10,114 bases of DNA from an uncultured archaeon (GTDB lineage: Archaea > Asgardarchaeota > Lokiarchaeia > Sigyniarchaeales > SOKP01): NCBI GenBank assembly GCA_964388035.1, contig CAYLZE010000140.1:1219-11332 (forward strand), given 5' to 3'. The position numbers and the translations under genes are program-made. Of the stretch, positions 6,719-10,114 are shown piece after piece. The notes beneath the pieces are model-generated. The model made no database searches, had not been told where the DNA came from, and worked only from the letters and a program-made list of their open reading frames with translations. The stretch's first letter is position 1; every line of letters begins with the position of its first letter.

Positions 6719-7035
6719 ACACTCAAATTTTTCTTTAATTTTAATGATTTGAACTCATCAACTTATTTTATTGGCACATTTCATTCTAAAAGATAAATTA
6801 AAGAAAGTAAATTCTTTTTTGAGCACTTTGAAAAATTTATCTATTAGTCTGCTATTCCTATTAGCAGAATCTTGTGATCTAAGAGGTAAATCGTGTTATT
6901 ATTAGGTGAAACTGGATGTTATTCTAATAAAAACAAATTATCATATATTAAACTCGGCAAATAAATAGTAATCCATTGTCTTTTATAGATGTTGTAGAAT
7001 AATATTTATTAAATGCAATTTATGGATAATTTATT

Positions 7036-7926
7036 ATGGAACAAAGTTTGATAGAAAAGCTTGGATTTGAAGCTTCTGATAAAGTAGTAATACTTCATAT
7101 TGATGATGTTGGATTTTCTCACTCTGCGAATGTGGCAGCTTTTAAATGCTTGGACTTTGGTGTGGCAAGTTGCGGCTCAGTCATAGTTCCTGCTCCTTGG
7201 CTTCTGGAGGCGGCTTCAATATGTAGAAAAAACCCTAAGTATGATATTGGAGTGCATTTAACTTTAACATGTGAATATGAACTATATCGATGGCGAGCTA
7301 TAAGTAGTGTAGATCCTCAGAGTGGGTTATTGGATTCCGAAAGGGGATTGTGGCGAACTGCCGAAGAAGCAATTGAAAAGGTCTCCGTAAAGGCAGCTGA
7401 ACATGAAATGCGCGCCCAAATTGAGATGGCGATTACTAATGGTATCGATATCACTCACATTGATTCACACATGGGATCGGTCATGGCTCCGAAGTTCTTG
7501 CCGGCCTATTTGAAATTAGCTCGTGAATATAAAGTTCCTGCTTTCTTGCCTCGCGTTACTAAAGAACAATTGGATGAAGTTGGATTTGGAGATCAAGCCG
7601 ATATTTATTTGAAGTTGTTTGAGAAATTAGAACAAGACGGGGTGCCTTTATTGGATCACATGTATATTGAGACTTTAAACAAGCAACCGGATAAAACAAG
7701 ATATTATTGCGAGCTATTTTCACAGATACAGCCCGGGCTCACGCATTTATTATTTCATGCTGCAAAAATGAGTCCTGAATTACAAGCTATAGTCCCTGAA
7801 ACAGCGGAAGCTAGAAATCAGGATTTTGAAGCTTATACCGACCCTCGGATTAGAGAATGCGTTGAGAAAAATGATCTAAAAATCATCGGGTATAGGAAAA
7901 TTAGAGACCTAATAAGATCAAGTTAG
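7036..7926 (+). CDS. YdjC/ChbG/HpnK family carbohydrate deacetylase
   Basis: LHIDDVG, IGVHLTL, EMRAQIE, THIDSHM and LLFHA motifs. Confidence 0.92.
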   Translation: MEQSLIEKLGFEASDKVVILHIDDVGFSHSANVAAFKCLDFGVASCGSVIVPAPWLLEAASICRKNPKYDIGVHLTLTCEYELYRWRAISSVDPQSGLLDSERGLWRTAEEAIEKVSVKAAEHEMRAQIEMAITNGIDITHIDSHMGSVMAPKFLPAYLKLAREYKVPAFLPRVTKEQLDEVGFGDQADIYLKLFEKLEQDGVPLLDHMYIETLNKQPDKTRYYCELFSQIQPGLTHLLFHAAKMSPELQAIVPETAEARNQDFEAYTDPRIRECVEKNDLKIIGYRKIRDLIRSS

Positions 7927-8003
7927 ATAAACAAATTATTTAACTTAGAGCTAAAAGATGAAAATAAGAAGTTAAAGGACCATCGAAATAGAGGCATCCT
8001 CCA

Positions 8004-8011
8004 TTTTTTTT
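8004..8011 (+). terminator. Oligo-T terminator candidate
   Basis: T8 run about 78 nt downstream of the YdjC-like stop. Confidence 0.4.
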
Positions 8012-8136
8012 ATTTTCAATGAAAAATTTACTATTTCAGTATTCATTCTCTCTTTTTATTTGTTCTTGCGCATGATGTAGAATTTGGATTAAATATTTGC
8101 AAAATTATAAACAATAAAAACATATTTAAAAAAATT

Positions 8137-8177
8137 TGTATACAATCAATAATTATTAATATATATTATTGTATACA
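8137..8177. promoter_or_regulatory. Putative toxin-antitoxin operator/promoter: two TGTATACA palindromes
   Basis: TGTATACA at 8137-8144 and 8170-8177 (33-bp period). Together they form a 10-bp inverted repeat tgtatacaat/attgtataca that flanks a TATA-like ttaatata (8156-8163) and ends 4 nt before the GTG start. Confidence 0.7.
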
Positions 8178-8181
8178 TTAC

Positions 8182-8679
8182 GTGATGAGATGGATATTAG
8201 ATTCCTGCACGTTAATATATTTAGTCAAAGCTAAATTATTCAAGAGATTCAATGAATTAATAGAATTTAAAATGGTAATTGACACTAGTGTATTTGAAGA
8301 AGTCGTTATAAATGGTAAGAAAGAAGGCTATAAAGATGCATGTGAAGCAGAGAATATATTGAAAGAATTTAAGATTCCAATAATTCCTATTGATGTGTCA
8401 AATGATATTGAACTTTTCAGAGATGCGGGAGAAACGAGTTGCTATATATTAGCTAAAGAACAAGGAATTTGTCTAACATCTGATGACAGAGCCTATAAAA
8501 AAATTAGAGAATTAGAGCAAAATACCGTTCGGTTAGATACTTTTTTCTTCCAAAAATGTAAAGAAAAAAATATAACTCCAGATGAATTCATAAAAATTTT
8601 AGAGAAATTAGAATCAATAAATGCAACAAAACCAAAATCCATCTTGTTTTTCATGAAAAAACTAAATAAAATGAGGTAA
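8182..8679 (+). CDS. PIN-domain (VapC-like, DUF3368-type) ribonuclease toxin
   Basis: Acidic PIN residues in WILDSCTLI, VFEEVV, DAGETSC and LTSDDRA; start is GTG 8182 or ATG 8185. Confidence 0.85.
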   Translation: MMRWILDSCTLIYLVKAKLFKRFNELIEFKMVIDTSVFEEVVINGKKEGYKDACEAENILKEFKIPIIPIDVSNDIELFRDAGETSCYILAKEQGICLTSDDRAYKKIRELEQNTVRLDTFFFQKCKEKNITPDEFIKILEKLESINATKPKSILFFMKKLNKMR

Positions 8680-8685
8680 TATGAA

Positions 8686-9015
8686 GTGACTGATGTTATA
8701 TCAACTCGTCTTAATGAGAATGAAATCGAAGAATTAAATAAAATATGTGAAAAAGAGAAAGTAGATCGGTCAACTCTTATAAGAAAATTTCTATTAGTTC
8801 AGATGAAGGAATATAGAATGAAAGAAGCTGGAGAAAAATATAGAAAAGGGATTGTAAGCCTAGCTGAAGCTTCAACTCTAGCTAAAGTATCTATTTATGA
8901 AATGATGGAATATGTAGATCGAGAAAAGATCCAAACCCCACCGCTAACAAAGGAAGAAATGGAGAGAGAGCTAAAAGATTCGGAGAAAATATTTAGAGAA
9001 TTGGAGGAACAATAG
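8686..9015 (+). CDS. Antitoxin: N-terminal ribbon-helix-helix + UPF0175 HTH domain
   Basis: VISTRLNENEIEELNKI..VDRSTLIRKFL (RHH); YRKGIVSLAEASTLAKVSIYEMMEY (UPF0175); acidic tail; GTG start with SD-like GAGGT at 8673-8677; 6 nt from the PIN gene. Confidence 0.85.
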   Translation: MTDVISTRLNENEIEELNKICEKEKVDRSTLIRKFLLVQMKEYRMKEAGEKYRKGIVSLAEASTLAKVSIYEMMEYVDREKIQTPPLTKEEMERELKDSEKIFRELEEQ

Positions 9016-9057
9016 GAAAATTAGAAAAATAGGAAGATTCTATAAATTGTAAAAATA

Positions 9058-10020
9058 ATGGCGGGATCAAAAGTGTATCCTATCATCGAAATGGAAAATT
9101 ATACCGTTTCTTTACGTGATGATTCTCATTTTAGTATTGGCACGTCTCCATATTATGCCCATCAGAACGCTCTTGCAATAGATATCTATCAGCAATTAAC
9201 TTTGGAAAATTATGAGGCTTTTAGCCCCGTTTCGGGGAAAGTGATTAAAATTAAAAAGCTGATTGCCCCTAAACCTAAACCAAAGCTGTCGAATGGAGTA
9301 AGTCATGATTTTTTAATATTAATCGAAAATGAAATTGATCCTAAAATCATATTTAAGCTATTGCACGTTAATCCCTCGATAAAGGAAGGAGCACGATTGG
9401 AAGTAGACGATCCCCTGGGATTAACCCTACGCAATGGATATTTTGCTCATTGGTCCACCCCACACATCCATCTGGAAATTAGGCCCTTTACAGATACAAC
9501 GCGTGCAAGAGGCGGTAAATCCTTCTCTATTCTAAAGAATTCTAATGGTAAACCAATTCCTGCTTCGCAATCGTATTTGGATGCCATCCCTTTAGAAATT
9601 AAGTTTATTTGTCCTGAATTCGCTCTGGCTATCTTACCACTAAATCATTACTTTAGGATAGGGGATATTTACGGAATTAAAGGAACATTCGGAGCTCATG
9701 ATTGCATTATAGACGGAGGAATTCCCATGTATAAAAATGGGGTGATAATTCGCAATGATTTCAACGATATTCCCTTGAACTCAAAAATATGGTGGGGAAA
9801 ATTCAATATTGGGGTTTTAAAGGAATTCAAACGGGAGTTTGGACTCTATAAATTTGTACCGATGACTATCAAGATCGATGGGCAAGAAATTAGGGGGCTC
9901 TCTCTATTCTTAGCTAATTTCGAGCCATTATTAAAAATAATCCCGTATGATAACTCAAATCTAGAATTCCATGAAAAATCTAGTGTATATTTAACCATAA
10001 AAAATGAATCTCCAATTTAA
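9058..10020 (+). CDS. Archaeal M23-peptidase-like (LytM/hybrid fold) putative zinc metalloprotein
   Basis: H35-x6-D42 (YAHQNALAIDIY), SPVSGKV, LLH103V, and PH136IH138LEIR; no signal peptide; uncharacterised C-terminal half. Confidence 0.75.
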   Translation: MAGSKVYPIIEMENYTVSLRDDSHFSIGTSPYYAHQNALAIDIYQQLTLENYEAFSPVSGKVIKIKKLIAPKPKPKLSNGVSHDFLILIENEIDPKIIFKLLHVNPSIKEGARLEVDDPLGLTLRNGYFAHWSTPHIHLEIRPFTDTTRARGGKSFSILKNSNGKPIPASQSYLDAIPLEIKFICPEFALAILPLNHYFRIGDIYGIKGTFGAHDCIIDGGIPMYKNGVIIRNDFNDIPLNSKIWWGKFNIGVLKEFKREFGLYKFVPMTIKIDGQEIRGLSLFLANFEPLLKIIPYDNSNLEFHEKSSVYLTIKNESPI

Positions 10021-10060
10021 AATTGCTGCATTGGTAAGTTAAAAAGAGGGCGTGGAGAAG

Positions 10061-10114
10061 TTAAGTTTTTTCAAATTTTAAAACAATTTTTTCGGATTTT
10101 GAAATTTCGATAAC
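10061..10114 (-). CDS. Probable 3' end of a convergent gene running off the window
   Basis: Open frame VIEISKSEKIVLKFEKT* from the window edge to TAA at 10063-10061. Confidence 0.4.
   Translation of the reverse strand, partial: VIEISKSEKIVLKFEKT

Overview
AT-rich archaeal window, most likely Asgard (Lokiarchaeia/Promethearchaeota). That assignment is inferred from protein styles: a stand-alone 7TM protein, an IPFG-TM-basic C-terminal sorting-like tail, GOLD-like surface proteins and oligo-T terminators. Ten complete genes are present. Minus strand: stand-alone 7TM membrane protein, cold-shock-domain protein with an Arg/Lys-rich tail, flavin reductase-like protein, single-pass GOLD-like/PQ-rich/zinc-ribbon protein, and a membrane-fused alpha/beta hydrolase. 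Plus strand: a second GOLD-like surface protein, YdjC/ChbG deacetylase, a PIN toxin + RHH/UPF0175 antitoxin pair with a clear palindromic operator, and an M23-like zinc metalloprotein. The 3' end of a convergent gene probably lies at the right edge. No rRNA, tRNA, CRISPR array or transposase was seen. The most notable unexplained signal is non-coding: a TWACTCATNA motif (palindromic consensus TTACTCATGAGTAA) recurs in most intergenic regions, and twice forms an identically spaced 51-bp three-box element (936-986 and 3656-3706).
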